Source of the DNA: Hyphochytrium catenoides
Taxonomy: Eukaryota > Protista > Hyphochytriomycota
DNA: 32,432 nt
Assembly (NCBI GenBank): GCA_900088475.1
Contig: FLMG01000485.1
Location: forward strand, 1-32,432
Direction of reading: 5' to 3'
Position numbers and translations under genes: made by a program. The notes under the pieces were generated by a model. It ran no database searches. It saw nothing but the letters and a program-made list of their open reading frames with translations, and was not told where the DNA came from. Shown piece by piece: positions 9,581-20,396 of the stretch; position 1 is the first letter of the stretch, and each line of letters begins with the position of its first letter.

Positions 9581-11284
9581 ATGAATGCAACTCTTTCTAG
9601 TCCGGAGCGGGGACCAGGATTGCGGGCCGTAGGGTCTACGGGCAAGGATGGTGGGCCGCAAGCAATCGGCGCGGGAAGTGGAACAGTTTCCAGACCGCAG
9701 GCCGTGCAGCCTGTCCTAAATCCTCCTGAAGCTTTTGGGATCGTGGAGCAAGGTAAGGTCAGAAGCTCTCCCAGTCTAGCAGATATCCGAGGGGCTTGAA
9801 TTTTCGGTGCCAGCATTCGTGNNNNNNNNNNNNNNNNNNNNNNNNNNNNNNNNNNNNNNNNNNNNNNNNNNNNNNNNNNNNCGACCAACAGCTTTCCATT
9901 CGTGGATCGGCTGCAGCTAAAAACTGTCATTTATCTATCCCCTGACCCGCTCAATAGAACACTCTCCGCCTTCTTTATGGAGAAGCGCATCCGACAGGTA
10001 GCTAAAGGTCCAGGAGTTCGTGACAGGGGCTAATAACTTCATAGACTCATCCTTTCCCCATGATGCCTATCTCTTTTCCTCTTCCAGGTGCACATCCAGG
10101 GCGAAGACGTGCCAGTAAGTGAGGGAGTCGTAAAAGACGCACTAGAGATCATTCTGAACAGGGAGATGCACCCTGTGCTCATCATGTGCGAGTGAGTGAC
10201 TCTTCTTATATCATCGTCCATTTGATCTGTGTGGGTGCCTTCCTCCACTGTGCTTCCCTTGATGGGGCTTGCTTGGTTGGTTGGGTTTCTCCCTTTGTGC
10301 AGAGGATGTGTCCCAGCAGTTTCTTTTGGCAAGTTAAGACTATCTCTTCCTGCCTAACATCTCATTCGTTTCGCAATTCTCTGAGGGGCATACGCCTTCA
10401 TTCCGTCCCCACTTTCTAATTGTTTACCTGGTCTGCGTCCTTGTTGGCACCACCTGTGGTCCCTTACAGTACGGGAGTTCACCTCACTGGGACAGTCGTG
10501 GCATGCTTGCGGCGTTTGCTGGGCTGGCTGCTGACTTCTATCATGGACGAGGTGCTTACCTGCTTGCTCACAAGTGTGATCCCTATCCGCTTCAACTTTC
10601 TTTCACTGTTCTTACTGAATATTGCCATCACCGCTGTTGCTCTTATTGTTTCCTAGCCGTACTCATCGTCCCCCTGGCTCCCAACCTTCTGTTTGCCTCA
10701 GTACAGGAACATGGTTGGCTTCGCTAAGATTCGGTATGAGAATGAGCAGTTCATTGAGCTGTTTGATGTGGACCTAGTCAACCCTCCAGACAACCTGCCT
10801 AACTGGTTCCTGAACTACCGCGCCATGAGGGCAAGTCACATCTTCACTTTGACTTCGTTAATCAAGCTCCTGCTTGTGTCTCTTTGCCCTTGTCGGTCCA
10901 TCCTTCCTAACATTCACGTCTAACCGTAGACGTCTCGTCACTTAGTTCCGCTATCTCTGATGCTGATTGGCCATAAGCTGCTGTCGCACTTCTGATGCAT
11001 GTATCTACCATTTCAGTAGCTACCTACCTTGGCCATTCGTCTCCGGTTTCCCTATCATCGCGGCTGACTGCTTTCTCCTACTGCTCCGGATTTGCTAGGA
11101 GGAGGAAGAGAGAGAGCAGAGAGAGCTCATTCTCTCCGGTACTCTTGCCAATCGTCAGCGCTTTCTTTCTGATCGAAGCATCCCTGCATACAAGCGCTAT
11201 CAATTCACGACGGACTCTCCTCTGGTATCCCCGGGAGTCAAGTTCTCGGAGAAAAAGAGCATATGCGAAGATGACGACGACTAA
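9581..11284 (+). CDS. SIW14/OCA-family (PFA-DSP, Y_phosphatase2) phosphatase-like protein, probably inactive. Exons 9581-9752, (gap)-9997, 10088-10191, 10470-10551, 10702-10830, 11099-11284
   Basis: Spliced product contains LNPPEAFGIVEQG, NSFPFVDRLQLKTVIYLSPD, VKDALEIILNREMHPVLIMCDTGVHLTGTVVACLRRLLGWLLTSIMDEYR and RYENEQFIELFDVDLVNPPDNLPNWF. Visible intron phases are consistent; the start of exon 2 is hidden by Ns at 9822-9881. Confidence 0.9.
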
Positions 11285-13165
11285 GAGGCTCTGCTGTCAT
11301 TGACTCGTTGCCGTTGCCGGGCCCCTTATGGAGGGTTCGCGTGGGAGTCCGTATAATGTGGATCTTCAGTCTCTCAGCTTCATGGTGGCCTCGGGTTTGT
11401 GTTTGTCGTGTTCTTGTGGCTATCCTCTCTCTTCGACGGGGGTCATGACACTGACAGGAAGACGCCGAGGATTTGAGCAAACAACGTCGCTCCCTAAAGT
11501 AAAGAGGGAAGCATGGAGGACGAGAGGTAATGGAGCCACTCACCCGAGAATGGCCTCTAGAATTGTTAAGCACAGGAGGCCTTGGAGAACCCCCAAGACT
11601 AGGTGGACTATCTCTTTCTGGTATGAAAGCCCATCCTTCAGGATGCCTCAAGGGAAAGCCAGGACAGAAGAGGACTTTGGGACTACGAGCCTCGTAGGCA
11701 GAGCTCTCATTAAAGTCTCAAGCCCACAACCGCGAAGTTTGAGAGGTCTGCTCACGAGCACCTACTCGTCCTTGGGATGCCTTAACTAAGTGCGCAACTG
11801 GCTATCGCCTTCCTCAGTCCTTTCTAAAGAAGGGAAGAGTGGATGCCTGTCCATGAGGTCACCCAGGCTAACGGCTAGAGTAGGGCGAAGGCTACAGACT
11901 GATGATGACTACATAATGAATTCTAGAGCTATGCTCAAGGACCGTCCTGAGAATTGGAAGAGAAAGTGAGAGGTAGAGGAGGACGATTGAACTGATCGGG
12001 TACAACTAGAAGATTGGCCCGCATGATATGAATCGGAACGTTTTTAAGAAGGTTCAGGAGCCTTTGAATGATGTTGAATGATGGCAGCCATTGCATAGAC
12101 TGGCTGCGATAGCTTAGTTGCATAGCTAGATATGGGGAGCTTGTGGCTCCAGAGAGCCGCTCTTCTCAACTGTGAGCCTTGTAGACCACCTGCTATCCTG
12201 GCGTCAATGAGTAGTGATATCGCCGCCTTGCGCCCTTCAATAGTGTCTCTTTCTCCTCTTACTACCTTCGTCGGTCATGACGGTCATGAATTGATGACAT
12301 AAGTGCCTAGTCCATGATCTTGAGGAGACCCGCTGAGGGCCGGATCATAGTCTCATCCTCAAATCGGTCACTATCTAAGAGGAGCCTCATCTCTGCCAAG
12401 GGAATTACAATTTGTTGTCCTTATGCCGCGTCATTGCTCCGTGCGCCGTCTCCCGGCACCACCATTGTCTTCAGTGGTTACCCTCTTCAACATCAACCTC
12501 ATTAAGAGCTGCCAGACCCGCAAAGCAGGGCTTCCAGAACTTGGTAAAGTCTCCCCTTCGGTGACATTCTCCCTTCCCCTTCTCTCGTTCCATCGTTGTG
12601 GCTCTGGGCTGGCCGCATGTTGGCTTCCAACCGTTATCCTAGCCCTCCTACCCTAATAAGTGTAGCTCAAAGGTGATGGCACTCAATACTACGGAGATTC
12701 GCGTGGATGGATTAAGCTCAGGTTGCTCTTGGAGTGGCAACCTGGTCGCAGAAGGAAACGTGGATTCATCTCTATTGGACATTAGATGGGAGCAGAGGCA
12801 AAAATATTGAGAGGCCAGAGCCCTTTTCTCATTGCGCGTTCTGTCATCATCACTCCTGCTATTGATCATCGCAAGCTGCAGTAGTAACGTGAGGAGGCTC
12901 GTCGTTCGGCGATGGATGTTTGTCTTCTATATCCGCATACTAGTCTCACCGTTCCGCCACTTATCCTTTTGCTTTAATTCTTCCCTGCTCACACCCGATC
13001 TGATGACAATCTGTACCCGGCTCTGCGGCTTGATGACTTGATTCCGATCCTTCGCTGCTGGCATTGCAAGGAAGTGGTGGAGTCTATAGACTTAGGAAAG
13101 AGCATGGTAGCATCGCCTTCCCACAATCTGGAGCCTCTTTGATATTCAGAAGAGTGATCTGTGAT

Positions 13166-13389
13166 GGAGAAGTTATCTCTGTTCCTACACTCACTTCACC
13201 GCCACATCCGTCCATTGGTAGAAGTAATGGAGCCCTCAGCGGTGGCAGAGGCACAAGTTAGGTTGTTGGCGAGGTAGCGAGGTTTCGACCACGAGTGCCA
13301 GCTGTTGTGCCTCTGCCACCGCTGAGGGCTCCATTACTTCCACCAATGGACGGATGTGGCGGGGAAGTGAGTGCAGAGATAACTTCTCC
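13166..13389. repeat. Long inverted repeat (arms 13166-13256 and 13305-13389, 48-bp spacer)
   Basis: The arms are reverse complements with 2 substitutions and one 6-bp indel. Confidence 0.95.
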
Positions 13390-13600
13390 TCTCGGTCATC
13401 CCGGGGACCAGGGTGGTCAGCTCCAGGTGGTTGAATTGGGTTGTCAGTTGGGCCATGTGAACCTTTGGGGTCAGGCGTGCTCGAAAATTCTCCCCGTTCT
13501 GAATAGGCCGAGGCCGAGCTGGGGAGATAAACATTTTACGATGTACATCTTTGATGACAGCGAGTTGACCGTTAGCGAGCAAGGCGGCGGGAGGACGAGA
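13260..13600 (-). mobile_element. Probable Ty3/Gypsy gag relic
   Basis: Across a frameshift: LVPGMTE/EKLSL(FL)HSLPRHIRPLVEVMEPSAVAEAQQLALVVE, resembling the Gypsy capsid C-terminal pattern EK...F...L...IR..V....P....EA...A...E. Confidence 0.45.
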
Positions 13601-14312
13601 GGCTGTGTCACAAGGATACGCGTACTTGTCCAGTAGGGAAGGTAGGGAGGGCGCTAGGACTGTGGAGGAGGAAGTGCGCAGCTCTCATACGAAGACGCAC
13701 CGGGGGCATATAGTTATCATACATTTGGGGCTACTGATCTCTTAGTCCTATGATTCCTCAGGCACATTGACTGCACTTCCAGCTGCACTTCCATAGGTGC
13801 GGCCGTTTCTGCATAGGGTTAGAATGCAGGAACTTCAGCGGCAGTGCACTGGGCCGACAGTGTTGACTCTCGAGTCGTCTGCCTCACTGCCTGCAAGAGC
13901 ACGAGAGCCCATCCGGGCAGAGCTCCCAGCGGGCAGATCAGCCGGACCAGGGTCAGAGAACATACAACATACTGGAGAAGTAGATAGGGTCTCCGAGACC
14001 AGAGTTCGGAGCACCCAGTAGCGCTGGTTTAACTCAGAGTTCACAGGAGCGCAATGTCTGCACGGCACCTCCTTCTGGCAGCTCGTTAACAATCTTGCAT
14101 TGAAATGGACTCTACTGCATGGAAGGAGCATACGATACATAGTATGCGAAAGATAGGAAGAGAAAGCGGGCTTGCAAGCTAACTCCTGACCTTAGCTGTC
14201 CATCTGGAAAGCGTTGAAAAGGGAGGCGCGAATAAGGGAACCGCACGTCTCTTTCGCATTCCTTCTCCTTCGCAATCCCTTATTCGTTAGTGCTTCCTTG
14301 TAGCTCTTCTCA

Positions 14313-16558
14313 ATGGGGCCAGCGGAAGGCCATTCTCAGCTACAACTGGCTGATCGAGCTCCTTCTCTTCTGGGCACTACGGAGGAAAGGTTTCGTGCTG
14401 GCCACGATGAGTGCTCCGTGTCCGTCACGGATCTGGAGGACTCCGCACCAGCTCTCCTTTCTCTGCGTCCCTTACGGACTTCAGATCTTGATCAGCTTCG
14501 TGCGCTACACGAGCAGCTCTTCCCTGTCCGGTATAAGGAGGTGAGAAGGACCACACTTTCCTGGCATTACATGCCAAGTTTCACGCTGAGCCCGGGCCTC
14601 GCGGAGCTTTGTCCTTTGGCTCTCGTTTCGCCTTGTCTTGGCCTTGTCGTCTTTCTCTACCGTTTTCCTTCCCTAACCGCTTGATATTACTCTTCTTTCT
14701 GCGCATCATATCTTACCCATTGATCCTCCTTGCACTACCTCGTGTAGTGATCCTTGCTTTGATAATGGGTCCTACTGCGACCCCTCTCTCCAACCCCTCC
14801 CCTACCAGCCCGACCTCGTAATCTTCTCTCGCTCTTCTGCAGATAGTGTTCTTCTGTAGATTCTCTTCTTCATTATTCTCAGACGTCCATACTTAATCGG
14901 TTCCTCTGTTGCCTTTCCGTCCAATGCATTGGACTCCATCTATACTATTCCAGGTCTTCTATACTGGTGCTGTTCAAGGAAAGTTTCTTGACACTGACCA
15001 GCCTCTCTACACAGAGGTGGCTGTGAGGCCCCTGGTGCCCTCCCAAGGGGGATACAAAGCATTAGAGAAGATAGAGAGGAGGGATAGCGTGGAGAAAGGC
15101 GAAGAGACGGGCAGAGAGTTAGGGGCAGGAGAAGAGAAGACAGAGGACGAGATTGACCGGGGACCAAGCGGGGAAGAGATTGTAGGCGTTTTGATTGCTC
15201 AGATGACCCCCGCCAGTCAATGGGAGGAGTTACAGCTGGTGCAGGATCCTCGCCGGTACGATGCTGCTCTCTACATAATGACCCTTGGCTGTCTGGAGAC
15301 TTGCCGAAGGAAAGGTCTCGCCTCGTCTCTTATCCGACGATGTGTCAAATACGCAGAAGGAGTCCAGAGCTGTGGAGCGGTACGTTAGGAACAGATCGCT
15401 GCTCAGAGTTAGGGTCCCCCTCGTATCCCATTGATATGTCATTCTGAGGGATGCTCCCAGGGAGACTTTCACTTTATAGGCTCACTCTCTGACTCTCTCT
15501 TAAAGACAATTTTTTAGTACTGCCAGGCCGGAAGCCTTATCCGTTGTTCCTATTTACCCTCGTGGTCCCGCGTCTACTTATAATAACTCTCTCGCCGCTG
15601 CTGTCTTGCCCTCGTAGGTTTATCTGCATGTGATAACTTATAACACTGCAGCAATTAGATTCTATAGGAAAATGGGCTTTGAGGAACTGAGAACTCTCCC
15701 CAGTAAGACATCTTACGGCTTCGTCTGAGACGAATTTCTGAAATCTAGCGGTTTCCCAATGTCTCTTGCTTTTTGGAAAGCCTCCTATCATCTACCTGGA
15801 ACGTGCTCCTCGTCCTTCTGTAGGCTCTCAGGCCCTGGCCGTCTTCCGCACAATTCAATGGCTCTGTTATTCGTCATCATTCAACCCTTGCTGCTGTGTG
15901 TACGGTAACTTTAGTTGTTCGAGTGACTTGGCAGTCTTTTTAGACGCGGCCCTTGTCTCACACAGTCTCGCTCGGTCTAGGTTACTATTACATTGATGGC
16001 GTCTGTTATGATGCTCACGTGTATGTCAAGTATATTAACGGGGCCACACGCCCAGGACTATCCTGGTTCTCAAGGATTGCCAGGTATCTGACGTTAATGA
16101 GAATAGTCTCTCATCATTCCTTCTCTCTCTCTCTCCCCAAAGCCAGCTCCGGTCTTCGGACCTCCGGCCTCTATCGTCGCGTACTGGCTGGTCTTTCAAG
16201 GGCTACGCATCCCTTAGTGAACACTTTTTATTCGAATCTTCAGATTACAACTCTTACATCTGCACCCTTCCCTGCGTATCTCATCTTCACCCCTTTCCCG
16301 CTCTCTTCTCTCTCTCTCTGTCTCTCTCTTTTTCCTCGCTCCTTCTCTCTCTCTCCTTTTTTCTCTCTCTCTTCCTCTCTCATTCTCTTGCTAAATTTAT
16401 TCTTGACACTCCGTTTTCCTTGCTTCCCGCCAAGGCCCTTCTTTCAACTGGCGAGCTATATATCCTCCGAGCTGCACAAGCTTATTTGGGTGCCAGTGGA
16501 GGAGGAAAAAAAGAAGAACACTAGGGCTTCAGACGCTTTTGATGATGAACTCGTCTAG
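14313..16558 (+). CDS. NAA60: N-alpha-acetyltransferase 60 (NatF, GNAT family). Exons 14313-14540, 14954-15379, 15618-15702, 15981-16083, 16435-16558
   Basis: LHEQLFPVRY, LYIMTLG...RRKGLAS (acetyl-CoA motif), CGAVYLHVITYNTAAIRFY and YYYIDG..YDA..YVKYING, followed by a C-terminal amphipathic segment (WFSRIARPFFQLASYI). GT-AG introns are in consistent phase. Confidence 0.88.
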
Positions 16559-16883
16559 AAGAATCTGAAGAACAGATAAAAGGCGAGAAAAGATCACAAA
16601 TACATGCGACAGTACAAGCTAAAGCAGCAGAGCATGCGAGCAAGCTCTGCTTTCTGGAGAAGGAAGGAGGGACCATCTAAAGCGCACCGGAGAAACAGGA
16701 CATCCATCCCCCCTGACCTTCTCTCTAATAGGTCGAGCCGAGCGAAGAGGTAACGAGGAAAGATCAGCTGTCTTGCGGATAAGTCAGCCGAGCCACGCAA
16801 GGGGGCCGCAAACGATGGAGAACTAGTGATTAGGGGACTAAGTGAGAAGACACGAGTGAGGAGACCAGAAGAGTGGCTCTCCC

Positions 16884-16913
16884 TATTTTATTGATTTATT
16901 TATTGATTTATTG
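16884..16913 (-). promoter_or_regulatory. Cluster of AATAAA, candidate poly(A) signal of the IQ/WW gene
   Basis: Several TTTATT copies on the + strand, 35-60 bp beyond the stop at 16947. Confidence 0.4.
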
Positions 16914-16946
16914 CCTGCATCATTTTTTCGCTTCGACTTTTCAATC

Positions 16947-19900
16947 TCATGGTTCAAGCTCTCTTCCTCGGAGCAGCTTGGGCTTACTCCAGGACGAGGT
17001 TTGAAGGACACTATCATAGAAATAATAGGAAGCGAGCTCTGCATCATACACTTGCTGGTATCGTGAGCGCAGGAGAGGAAGGATGACCTTTTCTCTCTCC
17101 AGATAGCCTCGCCATACGCGCTGGATCTCTCTTGCCTTATCGGACGCCAGAGGGAGAGACGTGGAGATCTCAGGCGCCGGAGAATGTCTGTCGCCCCTTT
17201 CTTTTTTAGCTTCTCCTTCCCCTTTTGATACCGCTTCTCTCTCTGTTGCTTCTCCCTCTTCTACTGTGAAGGATGAGATGGGAATGGGAGAGCTTTCTCC
17301 TTGTGGCACCAGCTTGGATATCTCTTCGCTCGTCTTCTCCTTCCGCAGGGAGAAAGCGTCCACTGACGTAGGCCGGAGAGGATTGGAGGGAGAGAGAGAC
17401 CCTCTGGTTGGGGGCCGAGAGATATTCCTGTTGCTCCCTCTGGTGCTCTTCCTACTCTCTCCTCGGACGAGATGACGAGACGCAGCAGTAGGCGGTCGAG
17501 AGGTGCCATCTGGAGAGAGGGAGAGAAAGGTGTCACCTCTTGAGAAGGCGAGAGCAGTGTCTCTCCGCTGGTCAAGCGAGGGTGTGCCACTTCTGGAAAG
17601 AGGAGTTTTTCCTCGAGGAAGAGGTGTAGCGCCCCTCGATGCAGAGAGGGGCGTCGCCCCTCTCTGAAGAGAGAGAGGAGTACCTTCCCTTGGAATCGAA
17701 AGAGGAAGATCATGGCTCCCCAGGGCTCTAGGTTTATACCAGGACGCGGTGTTTGTCCTGAGGTTGACATAGTAGGGATAGCCGCTCTCTGGGTCGACAT
17801 ACTTCTCATAGCTCTGGAAGATACGCCGTCGCGCTTCAAATGTTGCCTTTCTCTCTCTGAGCCAGCACTGAATCATTAGGGCGGCTTTCTCTTCTGCCAG
17901 GGGCTCCTTCTCTGTCTCAATATACTCTCCCGTCCCTTCTTCCTCGTAGATAATCACCTCGCAGCTGTCTATCCCTACGAGCTTGGGTTTCTCCCATTGC
18001 GAAATGTTTCTCACCTGGTCGACGTAGAAATACTGAAGGAAGGTTGGGTCCCAGACAGCTAGGAAGCGCTGGCGGACAAGCAGTGCGACCGATCTACGCG
18101 CGAGAAACCCCCGTACCAAACGCTGAATCGTGATGGTGGCGGCTTCTCTCCTCTTGTTCCCCTGTTCGAGCTCAGCTCTACTATCAAAGTCTTCTAGCCT
18201 TGCAAATGATGCGGTCGGCTCCTTTTCTCGATCCTCTGTGCTCTGCGTCTCAAGCTTTACCTCTGTCTCTACCCCTGACCACCTCGAAACAGGCGTGATA
18301 TACTCTGCGGTGACATCTACTTGCTTCTCCATTCCTTTCCCTTGGTCCTCTCCAGCGGTGGATTTGGCTTTCTCGACACTGGGCACTACCGCGACGCTGT
18401 CTCCTGATCCTGCCAAGTCCATAGCCAGGCCTTCCTCCTCGCCAGTATCTAGGCGGTCGGAGGGAATATTGCTAGGGAGGGAGAGGCTCTGCATCTCTTC
18501 GTTCTCTGTCCCTTCTAGGGCACCTTTGCTCCTTCGTTCTCTATCAGCATCCTCTGCTTTTCCAACTCTTCTCTCCTCTCTCTCATTCCGATCACTCTTT
18601 GCCCCTTCCCCTGAGGCAGTTGAGGGCATGCTTCCCTTCTCTTCCTCCTCTTGGTCATCAATCGTGCTGCCTCCACGGTCCCTCTGCCCTTCCTCCTGGT
18701 GGCTGTCGATCTCCATGGAAAGACCTTCTTGGCAAGTGCCTTGCAGCTCCTTGTTTCCTGACATTTCTCTCTCCTTTCCTTCTCTTCTCTTTCTTTCTCT
18801 GATCTTTTGGACCTGTTCCTCCGCCAGGCAGCGGAAGAGCTCCAGGCGCGCAAGGAGAAGGGTGCGCCGCCACCAACGGACCAGCCGCTCTTTTGCCATC
18901 CCTCTCTCTTTCTCTTTCAGACCCTCTTGTTCCCTCTGGAAAGAAGTCTCTCTCGGGGGCTGTGTCTTCATAAATGTTAGAGAGAGAGCTGAACCAGACA
19001 CAGTTTCCCCCAGTCTTTTCTCTTGTCGATTGACTCTCTCTTGGTCTCTCAAGAACAGTAATCGCTTATATCGCCTTCGGCCGAGAAAGCCTCGAACCAG
19101 GGGCTGGATTTTCTTGGCTGCTCTTCTTCTCTCTCCTACTCTTAATCTCTCTCGTCTCTCGTGTTCCTCTCTCTTCTTCTGCTGTTGAATGTGGTCCATT
19201 ATGGAGAGAAGCGCCTCTCTTTCTCTCGTAAGTCTTTCCTCCTCCTTGCTGATCCAATTCAATCTGTTCTCCGCTCTTTGAAGAGAGAGAGAGAGACCGG
19301 GGTAATCGGGATTCTGCTCTTCTCTCTCTTTGAGACTTTCCCATATAGCAAGTTCGGCAGCCCACTCTCCTCGTGAAAGAGATATTTTAGCTTCGATTTG
19401 CCTAACGCCAGCAGTCAGATCCTCACCCCAGAAGACGCCGTGCGCTAGAGGAGGAAGAGATAGAGAGGGCTCGGGAGGAGAGGATAGACGACTTTGGAGA
19501 GTGACATTCTCAGGGGAGAGAGAAGACGGATGAGAGGGAAGGATGGACTGGGAAGAGACAGAGGAGAGGTGTTGGCGAAGGGGAGGGACAGAAGAAACAG
19601 AAGATAGCGGTTGCCACCCCTCCACCTCTCTCTTCAAAGACTGTGCCTCTTTCTTTTCCAGTATGGTCGAGAGCAATACCTCATCTCTCTCTTCCGCTCG
19701 AGAGACTGGCTCTGTCTCTCTCTCTCTCAGAGTCTGAGGCTGCTCTGAGTCCTTTCGCAGAAGATTCGACCAAAGCCATGCCCCTCCTCCCTTCGATGAG
19801 GAAGAGAAAGGCGACGTAGACAGAGTAGGAGCAGGGAGAGAAAGTTCTGTTCGGTAATCTTGTCCTTCTCTTTCTGTCGTCGTCCTCTCCTTCTCCCCCT

Positions 19901-20362
19901 CTTTCAGCTCCACTTCCTGGCGCGAGGGCGGTGGGGCTTCTGTCCTCCTCTCTTCTTCTCTTGCAAATGGTAGTTGGCCTGCCTGCAGCTCTTTTGCTCT
20001 CTCTCCCGTTGTTTGGCTGCCGGCTGTCTCTCCCGTCTCTCTCTCTTCCGAATTATGTCTGTCATCAATCTTCTCTTGACTTCTTACAGTCAAAGAAGGA
20101 AAAAGGATGCTTGACTGTGAATCCTCTCTTGCTGGCTCACTAGCATCTCTCTCCTCTGGACGCTCTCTCTCTTCTATCTGATTAGATGAGGGTCCCTTCA
20201 CGCGGCGCCCCTTCCTTTGCTTCTCCTGCGATGGCGAATACATAAGAGAGAAAGAGTGCTTGTGAGAGGAAGAGCTTGTGGAATAAATAGGATTGAGGAG
20301 TCCGAGGCCGCTCTCGTTTCTCCTCTGCTCTCTCTCTCTCTCTCTCTCTCTCTCGTTTCTAC

Positions 20363-20396
<34 letters not shown>

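Noticed and set aside
9700-9820. Minus-strand YLLDWESF as a possible Gypsy chromodomain
   Set aside because: Explained by exon 1 and intron 1 of the plus-strand phosphatase-like gene.
13797-14140. ORFs upstream of NAA60
   Set aside because: No motifs or convincing splice structure.
18130-19188. 352-aa plus-strand ORF
   Set aside because: S/L-rich antisense of the GA-rich IQ/WW exon.
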